From Lepidodermella squamata (Eukaryota; Animalia; Gastrotricha), in contig JBLDXI010000003.1 in the NCBI GenBank assembly GCA_047495785.1, positions 3,100,001 through 3,164,000 of the forward strand: 64,000 bases of DNA, in the 5' to 3' direction. The position numbers were made by a program, and so were the translations under genes. Below the pieces are notes generated by a model. The model searched no databases and was not told the DNA's origin. It worked only from the letters and a program-made list of their open reading frames with translations. Shown piece by piece: positions 10,749 to 22,400 of this stretch; position 1 is the first letter of the stretch, and each line of letters opens with the position of its first letter.

Positions 10749-11682
10749 CATTGGCAGAGGCTTTCGTGGAAATCATTTTTTATTATTCTGAGCCGTTAGA
10801 AATAAATTATTGCAAAATCATTCATGCTTATTTAAAGCCCCAATCTTGGCTCAACTTATTTTCATTTGAAAGAGTTATTTGCTGGGAGCAGCTCCAGTTT
10901 CGACAGCGACCGAGTAGGAGAAGTTGTTGGAAGCAGAGTAGCTGCCGCTCTTGCTGCCCTTGCGACCCTTGCCGTGCTTGCCGCCCTTCTTGCCACCAAA
11001 CTTCTTGCCACCGAACTTCTTGCCACCGTGGCGCTTGTTGCCACCCTTCTTGTTGTAGCCGCCGAAGGAGCCCGATCGCGAGTACGAGCCGGACATGGAT
11101 CCGCGCTTGTGCACGCGCATGAACTTCTTGGTGGAGACCTTGCGGGTGTGCTTGTTCGTGCGGGCCGACACCGACGCGGACACGGACTTGGAGAACGAGG
11201 CACGGCGGTGCTTGCGTCCAGCGACGAAGGCCTTCTTAGCCGGGCGCTTCTTCATCACGTGTTTCTTCGGCTGCCGGTTGTAGGACACGCTGATGGAGAC
11301 GCTCTTTGAAACGCTCTTGCCCTTGTTACCTCGGCCAGCGTCGACCTCGGAAAAAGCTGAAATTGAATGGGCCAGTTAAATGGTACGTCAAGTCGGGAGT
11401 ATCAGTCTAAATTCACCAAGTCCAAGCAGGACGACAGCAGCAATAACAAACGCAACGCGCATTTTATTGAAGATTTCGAATTTCGATTTGAAAAATGAAA
11501 AAACGCTGAATCGATAACTTGATAATTCGACTCATCTCATCATCCGTTTTATACCCTAAATTGAATGCGATGGCGTAATTCATTAGCATGATTATGTCAT
11601 GATTTGAGAGACCCCTAATTTGAAAAATGACGCACAAGTAACTATAGAGAAGATTCAATTATTCGAAAGCTCGAGATGCAAT
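10749..11682. repeat. Direct segmental duplication unit (copy 1) carrying cationic gene type 3; copy 2 at 14470-16134
   Basis: 3' flank, CDS, intron and promoter align closely with 14470-16134 once the insertion in copy 2 is removed. Confidence 0.9.
10875..11462 (-). CDS. Secreted Lys/Ser/Gly-rich cationic protein, type 3 copy a (175 aa)
   Basis: Exon 1 11462-11417 MRVAFVIAAVVLLGL, phase-1 intron 11416-11357, exon 2 11356-10875 AFSEVDAGRGNKGKSVSKSVSISVSY...GGKKFGGKKFGG...ETGAAPSK*. TATAAAA at 11553-11547. Confidence 0.88.
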
Positions 11683-12474
11683 CACCCAACAGTGTGCGAA
11701 GTACGGCGAAGTATCGTCCACCGAGAGAGGTCACTGACCGAGAGAGCACTGACCGAGAGCGCTTGCAATGGTTAGCTCTCCATGCTGGTTCGAAACATTT
11801 CAACTCACATTCCAAGCTAGCTGAACAATTTTCGGCTGGTGAAATAATTGAATATCTGAAACATGAGGTTGAATAACTTTTGAGCTACGCTTCCATTCTG
11901 TTTTATACCGGAAATCCTGATATTATTGTCCCAACTCCAGGAAGCGAGGCTTTTTCAAGATCGTTCAGCTGGAATTGTTCGAAATCATGGAGATTTCCAA
12001 GCAGTTCGATTTGGACGGATCCTCAAGTTGAAGCTTCGGTCTTTGCAAGAAATTAACACACTTTAACTTACGCTGTTTTGCTGGCACGTGAACGATCAGC
12101 TAAAACGTTTATAGGCGATTGGTATAGAATAACTGATTTTCTAACCTCTATAATGATAGCTTTCATGAATTTAGGTTCATGACTGTAGTGTTAATCCATT
12201 TTGCGAATTTTTGGTTTTAATTTATTCATTTGAGAAAACCATACACCATACACCATACGGTTTCTTTTTTTACTATTAATAAAGAGTTTTTGAGAAATCG
12301 CTTGCCAGTTAAGTATTCATCCGCTTTTGATTTCTGAAAGAACTTAAAAGCGTTTATAAAGCTGCGTCATAACAATATCGCAGCCAATTATCGCATGATC
12401 CGGACTGACAACTCGCGCTGAGAGGCATCGATTTCAAATTATTCATATTTTCAATTATTGACTGTTCTAATAGG

Positions 12475-13475
12475 ATGAGACTACTCATTTTATTCGGCGC
12501 CATCTTTTTAGGTTTCTTTTACATAACGTGTGTTCATCCTTGAATAAGTGTTGACATTTTCACAGGCATTGCCTATTCCGAAGCGGGATCTCCAACAGGC
12601 AGACGACAGCATAAATTCAAAAAATGGCGCCGTGTTGCCCTCGGCGAGGATTTGAATGCCAACTCGAATGTGAACAAAGTTACGGCTGATGAATTTTTCT
12701 ACTATGCCGTTGATGAAAGTGGCGAGGCCGCGCCTTGGCAGCTACCGTGGTGGATCTATTACTATCACCATCCGAAAACCACTACTACGACAACAACTAC
12801 AACCACCCCCACAACAACAACACCAACGACAACAGTAGCTTTGGTGAGAAGAAGAAAAAATTAACCAGACTTCAAAGATGTTTCAGATTAGAGTTAAAAG
12901 ATCAGGGTCCTGGAATTATTTGATAACTTTTTGGAATGGTTTAGGAGGTCTTGTCAATTATTTGATTATTTTCTGACCAGGCTGCTTATCGATGTCTTGG
13001 ACCAAGCGGACCGAATGGCCAAGTGATAACTTGCCGAAGTGGAGCTTGCCTGGCCACCGAAACGACATATCCAGCGACACCTTTCAGTAGCGTTTCGGCA
13101 TGTCAAAACGCTGTCAAAACAATCAAATTTTTCCCGGAGGATTATGCGAATCGCCGAGTGGCGATCTCAGTTTGTGCGAATAACGGCGGCCAGTTAGCTC
13201 TACTGAAGACTCAGGCTGATCTCGACATAGCTTCCCAGCTGATCGGTACGCGAGAAGCCCACATTGGCCTGACGAACGGGGCTGTTGATGGAAGCGTGTG
13301 GACGTGGGGAGACGGCTCGCTGTATGCCGGCTTACCTCCCTTTCGTTCCGGTAGACCGTACAACACGCCGAATTACTGCGGTTTGCTCGCCAATATAGCT
13401 GGCGAGGGCGCCGTTATCGATGACAATCCCTGCAGCAACACCTATAATGGAGTTTTATGTGAAGTCTATGCTTGA
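12475..13475 (+). CDS. Secreted C-type lectin with a Thr-rich stalk and a 4-Cys module
   Basis: Exons 12475-12511 (MRLLILFGAIFL), 12566-12843 (poly-Thr), 12981-13475 (C..GGQLA..HIGL..WTWGDGS..C..IDDNPC..LCE, C-type lectin fold) join in frame. Confidence 0.85.
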
Positions 13476-13930
13476 TGGTTTGAAACAATGCGAATTCAAT
13501 TATTATCCATGTGGTTTTCTGAGCAATAAATTAAACAATAAATATTATGCATAAGTCATAAACGCTGTCAAGTCGGTGTTAACCTGACTGCGGCGAGGCA
13601 ATCCGTCGCTTTTTGGCCGACTTCGGCTTGCAGAAATACCTAATTTCGGCTACTGTGACTAAACTTCGGCACTTCTGGGTTGCCTATCCAACACATTGCA
13701 TAATGCTCCCTGGGCCATTTGAGTATATAAAATTCGGCCGTCTCTAAGTCTATAGCGATGACCCAGAGCTCAATTCGATAGCCCGAGAACTACGCTATAA
13801 TTCTGTATTTGCCAAATTTTCTAAACTTTCACCTGGCTGGCAAAGTAGGAAAACCCAAAAAAGTGACCGAATTTAGGGCGGGATGATCTACGAATCATGG
13901 TCATAATTATAAGATAGGTATAAGGTGTTA

Positions 13931-14106
13931 CCGTATTTGTTCCTATAGCAGCCCGGGCTACTGAAATTTCAACCTCGACATTTTGAAAATAATTGTTAGC
14001 GAATCGTTCATTTTTGATGTTTACGAACCGACTTGACCCCTCAACCCTGGGCTACTTTGGGGATGGGTGATTATTAGTGGATGGGCTTCTATTGGAACAA
14101 ATACGG
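13931..14106. mobile_element. MITE, Tc1/pogo-type
   Basis: Terminal inverted repeats CCGTATTTGTTCC(T/A)ATAG(C/A)AGCCC; preceded by TA. Confidence 0.65.
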
Positions 14107-14594
14107 TTACTGTTTTCAACTGTTATTATAGTTGTAAGGCGATGGTAGGTAACAAGTGGTTAATCAGCTTTATGAACTCCCGCGAGCCCTTTTTGTCGCA
14201 TGTTGTTTTCTCCAAGACTTGAGCGCGCGTGTTTTCAAGTAATAAAAACAAGGAGCGCTGTTCAGCCGAAAAAGCGCCGATTAGAGCATACAATAGTGGG
14301 TTTCATCTATCTCACAAATTTGTTCTGTACGTATTAGACAGTGATTAGCTGACCGTGATAGTAAAAACCAAAAAATTGCAGACACTGCAGGTAATTATTC
14401 GGGTTTTTCAAGATGTAATTGCGAGCTAAAAACCGGTCAAGTTTTACACCTCACGGAGACTTTAGAATGCATTGGCAGAGGCTTTGGTGGAAATCATTTT
14501 TATTATTCTAAGCCGTTAGAAATAAATTATTGCAAAATCATTCATGCTTATTTAAAGCCCCAATCTTGGCTCAACTTATTTTCATTTGAAAGAG

Positions 14595-15907
14595 TTATTT
14601 GCTGGGAGCAGCTCCAGTTTCGACAGCGACCGAGTAGGAGAAGTTGTTGGAAGCAGAGTAGCTGCCGCTCTTGCTGCCCTTGCGACCCTTGCCGTGCTTG
14701 CCGCCCTTCTTGCCACCAAACTTCTTGCCACCGAACTTCTTGCCACCGTGGCGCTTGTTGCCATGCTTCTTGTTGTAGCCGCCGAAGGAGCCCGATCGCG
14801 AGTACGAGCCGGACATGGATCCGCGCTTGTGCACGCGCATGAACTTCTTGGTGGAGACCTTGCGGGTGTGCTTGTTCGTGCGGGCCGACACCGACGCGGA
14901 CACGGACTTGGAGAACGAGGCACGGCGGTGCTTGCGCCCAGCGACGAAGGCCTTCTTAGCCGGGCGCTTCTTCATCGCGTGCTTCTTCGGCTGCTTGTAG
15001 GACACGCTGATGGAGACGCTCTTTGAAACGCTCTTGCCCTTGTTACCTCGGCCAGCATCGACCTCGGAAAAAGCTGAAAATGAATATTAGGCCAGTTAAA
15101 TGGTATGTCATATCAGGAGTATCAATCTAAACCAACCCAGTCCAAGCAGGACAACAGCACACTAGAAAAAATTAACCCCTGATCAGGGGTCAGCTGTTTA
15201 AACCATTTTGCTGATCAGGACGAAAAAGGGACAACCCCTGATAATCAACTGTCGCCAGCTGATAATCCATGTCATTTCAGGCTGATCAGCATGACTTTGC
15301 TGATCAGGGGTCAAAAGTGTGCATTCGCTAATTAGCCAAGCGTGCATATGCAAATTAGGCTGCATGTTCAATTCAGGCTTGCGTCGGAAGGTCCATATTT
15401 TCAAAAAATAGTATTGTTTCACACGCGAACTCTATTACTTCATCTGTTAACTTAGCTGTAGTCCTTCTCTCTGTAACAAGTGGCTCTACCAAGTGCCAGC
15501 ATGAGACCCTGCCATATGTTTAGGTAGTTGCCGCGTCCGGTGGCATACCATACCACCGATGGCACGGATGGCACCAGGGTGGGCGGATCTTGATCAACCG
15601 GCTATTCAAAAAAATAATATAAAAATAATAAATGAGAAGGGCTGCCATTTTCCTAAAAAATTTTACTGAATTTGCTGATCAGCAGCTGATCAGGGGCGCT
15701 ACAGGTGATTATTATCAGCAAATATTGGAAGCAAAATGACCCCTGATCAGGGTGAGCTGATTAGGGTTCATTTCAATATAACCCCTGATCAGGGTGCATA
15801 TTACCCCCTGATCAGCTATAGTAATGACTAGGAGCTATGACCCCTGATCAGCCCCCTGATCAGGGGTTATTTTTTTCAAGTGCAGCAATAGCAAACGCAA
15901 CGCGCAT
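14595..15907 (-). pseudogene. Cationic protein type 3 copy b; signal-peptide exon interrupted by a transposon
   Basis: Exon 2 intact and nearly identical to copy a; exon 1 (ATG 15907) is split by the element at 15160-15882. Confidence 0.8.
15160..15882. mobile_element. Non-autonomous CACTA/EnSpm(CMC)-like element, 723 bp
   Basis: TIRs CACTAGAAAAAATTAACCCCTGATCAGGGG / CACTTGAAAAAAATAACCCCTGATCAGGGG; 2-bp TSD CA shown by comparison with the empty site in copy a; subterminal palindromic CCCCTGATCAGGGG repeats. Confidence 0.85.
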
Positions 15908-16467
15908 TTTATTGAAGATTTCGAATTTCGATTTGAAAAATGAAAAAATGCTGAATCGATAACTTGATAATTCGACTCATCTCATCATTCATTTTATACC
16001 CTAAAAATGATGCGAATGCGTAATTCATTAGCAAGATTATATCCTGATTTGAGAGACCAGTAATTTGAAAAAAATTCGGAGACGCAAAATTCATTATAGA
16101 GAAGATTCAATTAATCGGAAGCTCGAGATGCAATGACTCTGGACTGCGAAGTGGAGGCTAGGGGGGTACCCTTACCATCGTACCCCTCCCCTCCCTCTTC
16201 TCCCAATTCGAGAGGTTAAGCTCGTATACCCCAACCTCCCTCCTCCCTTCCCCACCTCGATGAACCTACATCGTCGATTTTTACCCTGAAACAGGCTGTT
16301 TCTCAGATTTTGGAATCGATTGAGCATGCAATTCTTTATTTTACCATCATGATGCAATGTTCGCAGTGATTAGATCACAACTCATCACTAGTGCTACGTG
16401 CAATCAATAAAAAATAATATCACATATCCATGCAATTTAAAATTGCTGCAATTGAGCATTGTTAAGG

Positions 16468-19400
16468 TCAAACACGGCCACACATAAAATTGAGGAAATT
16501 GTCATCGTTGAATAGCGGCGATCCTGATAGGAAATCGTCCATTGTAGCATAGTGGCGGAAGAAACTTGGCTTCGACGCGACATTCCGCCTTAACGCTGTT
16601 ATCTGGCTCTCGTCGTAAGCTATCGACTCGCCGAATCCAATAGCGAAGATCTTGGTGTTATCAAGATGTCTCAACTCATTTAGGTCACCCTCAGCTAGGC
16701 TGTAGGACGAAACTCGAGGGGCTGTTGTAACAAAAATGAATCTAACCGCTGATTGAGATGCTAGCTCTGGCATCAAAGTAACTCGCGCTGTTTTGAACAG
16801 TTTCGCTAAATCATCGGGTAGTTTGTTTTTGAGCGGCACTACAGTCGTATTCAACCAGTTGGGACTGAAAGGCGCTATCGCCCAGACCTCCTGCCGTTCA
16901 AAAGCGGCAGCATAATCCGAAGCTACTGGTTTGTTCTTCAGAGCAAGAACTGCTACGTCAAGACTTGAATTTCCAGACACCACCTCCCATTTCGAAGCGG
17001 CTGATTGGATGAAACTAGCAAATTTAGCCGCCGAATTCTCGGCGAACTGTGGCGTTTCAAGTAGATCAACGATGAAAACAAGGCTGATAATCTTCGGGCA
17101 GTGGGATAGATCGGGCTTGCAAGTTGGTACTGCAGACCAAACTCCTTGTGGCGTGCAGGACGTACCAGGGTAGCCTGTCATGATAAAACCAGCCTCGCAT
17201 TCCCACCAGATCGTATCACCGACTAAGCTTCTAGTTTTGTTAGTCGGCAGTGATGTGAAGTCGATGAATCCGTTTTCGACGATTGGCGGGATGCCGCAGG
17301 TGATCCCGTCAGACGGGCGGCTAGCACAACGCGGTATTGGGGTAGACCATTTCCCGGTTTCGAGACATTCAATTCTAGCAGGACCCTGGAGGAAATACGG
17401 CTCTTGGCACGTGATAGTTACAAAACTGCCATAAGTGCTTTGGTCTCCAACAAAATTACGATCCGTCTCTTTTGAATTAAGTACCGTAGGGACTGGTCCA
17501 CAAGTTTGATCTAAAGAGAAAAATTCAGTAAAACAACAAGCAAATAATTCCACTTTAAAACTTGCCATATGCGATCCTTGTGCATATAGGAGGTATAGAC
17601 CAATCGCCTCCTTGGAGACAGGTTATGTCTTTCGAGCCAATCAGAGAGTAACCAGGTGAGCAAGTGTAGGAAACTTGAGTTCCCGGTACCCGAACCTTCG
17701 GGAAGCTACCAGATATCACACCATTAGCAATTGCGGGAGGATTTCCACAATTTCCAGCTGTCATGGAATAAATTTAGTCAAATGCAAAATGGCCATTAAT
17801 TGCTTACTTCTGATCTTGATAACGCAATAGGGTAGAGCTGACCATTGGCCATCAGGCTTGCATATCACTGCAGAGCTTCCCACGATTTCGAAAAGATCCG
17901 CCAAGCATTCGTACCAAGCAACATCCCCTACAGCACTGATGTCACCCTTCATCGTCGATAATACCATGCGGGTGTTGATGATGAATGGAATAGGCCCGCA
18001 GCCACCAGTGCGTTGAATGCATTGGGGTGGCGTAGACCAAGTTCCAGCCACCGTACAGACGACCTGATCATGTTTGCTATCCATTAAATAGCCATCAACG
18101 CATTTGATACGGATGTAATCGCCAGGGATCGGCGATGCAGAGCCGTAAGACTTCATGACAACAACGGAATTGTTGATTTTAGGAAACTCGGCACAAGCAA
18201 ATTTATCTGAAAAGCAAGTCTCGGTACAACAATAATAGAAGAAAGGATAGATAGACTTTACTTGGTACACATCGAGGCGGAGAAGTCCAAAGACCATTGA
18301 GGCACATGACAGTTGAGTTACCAGTCATGGCGTAGCCGGGTAGGCAGGAAAATAGAGCGAAATTTCCGTCAACCGGCGTAGCATTGTCGGCAAAGTTCTT
18401 AAAGAGAATCATCGCATGGACAACATGCGGAGTACCCTCACAAGTAGCCTCTGTAAGATATTTATATCGAGAGAATTGACAAGCACCATCCTCTTTCAAA
18501 TTAACTTACGCTTCCTTGAGCATGTCGGAATGCTAATCCATTTTCCGTCAAGGCCACATTGAGCTGCAGGGCTTGCACTTTCCATTTCGTACCCATGAAG
18601 GCATTCAAAGATCACCTAGTTTGGAGAAGTTTCTTTCTAATCCCAAGTTCAAAGCTCACACTTACCTTGTCTCCAGGAGATGCAGAGGATCCTGCAAATG
18701 TTCTGTCCTTGATCCTTGCGTTCTCGATCGCAGGTAGGAATTTACAAAGCTTGACTGGCACACATTCGGGAGCTGCAGTCCATTTTCCATCCGCTCCACA
18801 TTGAATGTAGTTCTGGCTCTTGGCATTACCTGATCCAAGCTCGAAGCCAGCCCTGCACTCAAAAATCGCTACCGAGCCAACGGGAGGTTTCGATGCCTTT
18901 TCAGACGGGAAACTTGAGAAAACAATCTCAGCATTTTCAACTTCAACAACGGGCCCACAGCTTGGGACATCAAAATTTGAGGTTGCTTCAATACAACGCG
19001 GTCCTTCAGTCCAAGTTCCACCTTTCCAGCACTGGGAGTAAGGTTTCGACCCAGTTGACAGGACATACTTATCCATGCATCGATAAACGACGATACTGCC
19101 TAAAACACTAGATGCTTCGTGGAAATTTTGAGAGACTATCACGGCATTGTCAACAACAGGAGCTTCGCCGCATTTCGTAACGGCTGAAAAATTGAAAATT
19201 ACATCGTTACATTTCTAGCACACCCGAGAATCTTACTTTCGTCTTTAATGCATGAAGGGACTGGAGACCATTTCCCGTCGATGCAGGTTACATCCCGGTT
19301 ACCATCAAGAGTGTAACCATGGTAACATGCGTACTTCACCCGGTTCCCTCCGTAAGTTGTATAGTTGCCAACAAGCCTCTCCGAGACGAAACCGTTCACA

Positions 19401-22400
19401 ATATTGGGTGGATAGTCGCAAACATAGGAAGTTGAAGGTATGCAAGATGGAGGTTGAGACCAGGTGTTATCCGGCATGCATACAATCTGCGTGATACCAT
19501 TAGGCGTGAAACCATCCATACAGCCATAGGTGACTTTTGTCTCTGTAGCTTGGACGACTGTGCCGAATTCGATCTCAGGGAAAGACCCACAGGCACCTGG
19601 TGAATCAAAGAATTTACCACTTGATTGAGGAGCTTTCTTCACATGGTTTGAAACAGGGCTGGTTGGCACACATTGCGGGGCTTTTGACCACTTGCCGTTG
19701 TGCTGGCACGTTGAGCTAGTAACACTCGAGTCTAGGAATTTGAAACCTTGCCGGCATTCAAATCGGACTTCATCACCCTCGGACGCACTCAGTTGCCCTG
19801 GTGCAACAGATGCCCAGAGAATCTGCGCGAATTCAACGACTGGCATGGGTCCGCAGAATGCCCAGACGCATTTTGGCAACTGCTTCGACCAAGATCCTGA
19901 GGAGCAAGTTACGATTTGGTTTGAAGTTCCCGGGGCTAGGTCGTAGCCATTCTCGCATTGGTAGATGATTTCTGTATCGGAAATTCGCTTTGTAAGGACT
20001 GCATTTTTGACAACGGGTGGGCGTCTACATGGCGATTTTTCTGCCAATTCTGATAATTGAAATTCAAGATTTTAAAATTAGATCAAACATTAAATTGATA
20101 AAATTAATAAATTAATTAATAATTGATAATAATAATAATAATAAATTAATGATTAATAAGTTCAATAATTAATTAATTAAATAAATAGAAATTATAGATT
20201 CATGGAAAACAGCCAACTTACCATCAGAAATGATGATGCATCTCGGCAAAACTGACCATCCATCGTCCCTGCAGACTACAAGGCCATTTATGTTAGAATG
20301 TTCGTCGAATTGCGACCCGGGTAGGCATTCAAAGCGGAGGACAACGCCAATTTTGCTAACCCGGCTTGGTTGCGAGAATCCACCGTCATCCGCGAGTCGC
20401 CCGTTAGCAATCTGCGGAAGCTCGTCACATCGCATCGAAGTCTTTTTCAACACATTAATGCGGTTCGCAATCGATGCGTCACTTTCAGACGACCATTTCG
20501 ATGAAACTATCCAAATTTCATCGTCGCCGTAGCTTGAAATCTGCCGCATTGGAACTCGCTGGTTTTTATTTGAAGGCGTTGAAGGTGAATACGGCTTATT
20601 GAAATCGTCGGATCTAGGTGTATGGGGCAGTTTCATAGTACTCAACGGAACGATTTCATGCCAATCTTCGTCCCACACCAGCCACATTTCCTCTGTTACA
20701 GTCCGGGAATAACTTGCTGGTGTAGTTGTCTTGTCGATCTTTTTCGAAGTTGAGGTAAGTTCGCTGACCTTAGAATCGATGACTTCCAACACCTGAGTTA
20801 CGTTAGTCAGATTTCCGAACTCGATGATGTTGGTCGTAAAACCCGATGAAGTCGAATTATCCGAGTTCTCACGGCTCAATTCAATCCTCTCGGCAACGAC
20901 CTTCAAAACAGCGACATTCAACGAATTTATCGCCTCTGACCCACTTGTTGAAATGATCGAATTCTCCGAAATTATGATCGAATCGTTTTGCGAGTCGATT
21001 TCACCCATTGACGTCAGCAATTCATCGACTTGAGTTTTGTTTACCGAATCACCCAGAGATAACATAAAGGCCGGGTTTTGATCAACTATTTCCTCCTCAA
21101 TCAAATTTTCGGCTAAATTGTCTTCGGTGTTATGCTCGAGTAGTAGACCGTCGAATACTGAGTTGTTTGATTTTTTCGTTGAGATTCTGAATGTGATTGC
21201 TTTCGGTCGGCAAATAGGCATGAGAAGGAGGGGCCATTGACCTGATTCTGGACACGTTATGTCTTGCGCTTCTTCGACTCCCATGTACGTGTGACCCTTG
21301 TGGCATCGATACTGAATGATGGCCCCAGGGGTGCTGATATCATCCTTGCCGAACGATTGGTACGAAACATAACCGTTTTCGAGAGGTGGCGGAGGCCCGC
21401 ATGTAACTAGAAAAAAGTATTTTAATTATAATAAAAAGTTTAATTAATTTTCGAAATTTTGAAATTTGCGTCACATCCCATTTCGCTAATAAAATCTTGA
21501 AATTTTTGAATTTTGAAATTCGAAATTTTATAAAATCTTGAAATTTTTAATTTTTAAATATTATTAAATTTCAAAATTTTTGAATTTTTAGAAGTTGAAC
21601 ATTCAAGAATCTGCAAAAACCTTTAAAATGTGCTGCGTCTTTAATAAAAAAAATTTACCCAAGCAAAGTGGGACATCAGTCCATTGAAGCGTGTCAGGAT
21701 CACACGTAGCCAGCATTTCTTGCATCGATGAAGCGTAACCCTTGGCACACTCATATTTCGCCCGATCACCCGGTCGGCTGTAATAGCTGCTAAAAGTAGT
21801 CGAGACCACGTGACCATGATCCACTTTAGGCGGCGGGCCACAGGTTGCCGATACGCACTTAGGTGGCTCTTCCCATTGGCCGTTGATGCACATGACGCCT
21901 TCGGGCCCATCGAGGGTGAAACCAGGGTTGCATTGATAGGTGACGATGTGGCCATTTTTAGGCAAACCATTTTCAACAGTCCAAGACAGTATTTTCCCGA
22001 AATCAACCTGAGGTGGCTGGCCACAATGTTGGGCTGAAAAAAATCAAAATATTTAAAAAGGAAAAATCAGGAAAAATTACGACTCACGAATGCAAGATGG
22101 TATGGGTGACCAAACCATGCCAGGCGTGCATACCGAAGTTGGATCATTTCCATCAATTATGAAGCCACTGTAAAATAATTATTTTCGAAATTTCCTACTT
22201 CAAATAATTTTACCTACCTTTCGCAGGTGTAAGTAATTCGGTCGCCAATTACTCCCTTTTCTTCATCATCGGTCGCAAAACTCGCAGAAACAATGTAACC
22301 ATGAAGGACCATCGGAGCCGCGCCACAAGTTTCTATAATATATTAAAATAATTCCAGCTTAAAATTAATTGGAAAAGCTTTACCTTTACATGACGGGACA

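Noticed and set aside
10875-11288. Histone H1 or protamine-like call for the Lys-rich ORF
   Set aside because: No globular H1 domain, and an upstream signal-peptide exon splices in frame, indicating secretion.
16468-17760. Complement factor B/C2 orthologue
   Set aside because: No serine protease domain, degenerate MIDAS and far too many CCP domains.
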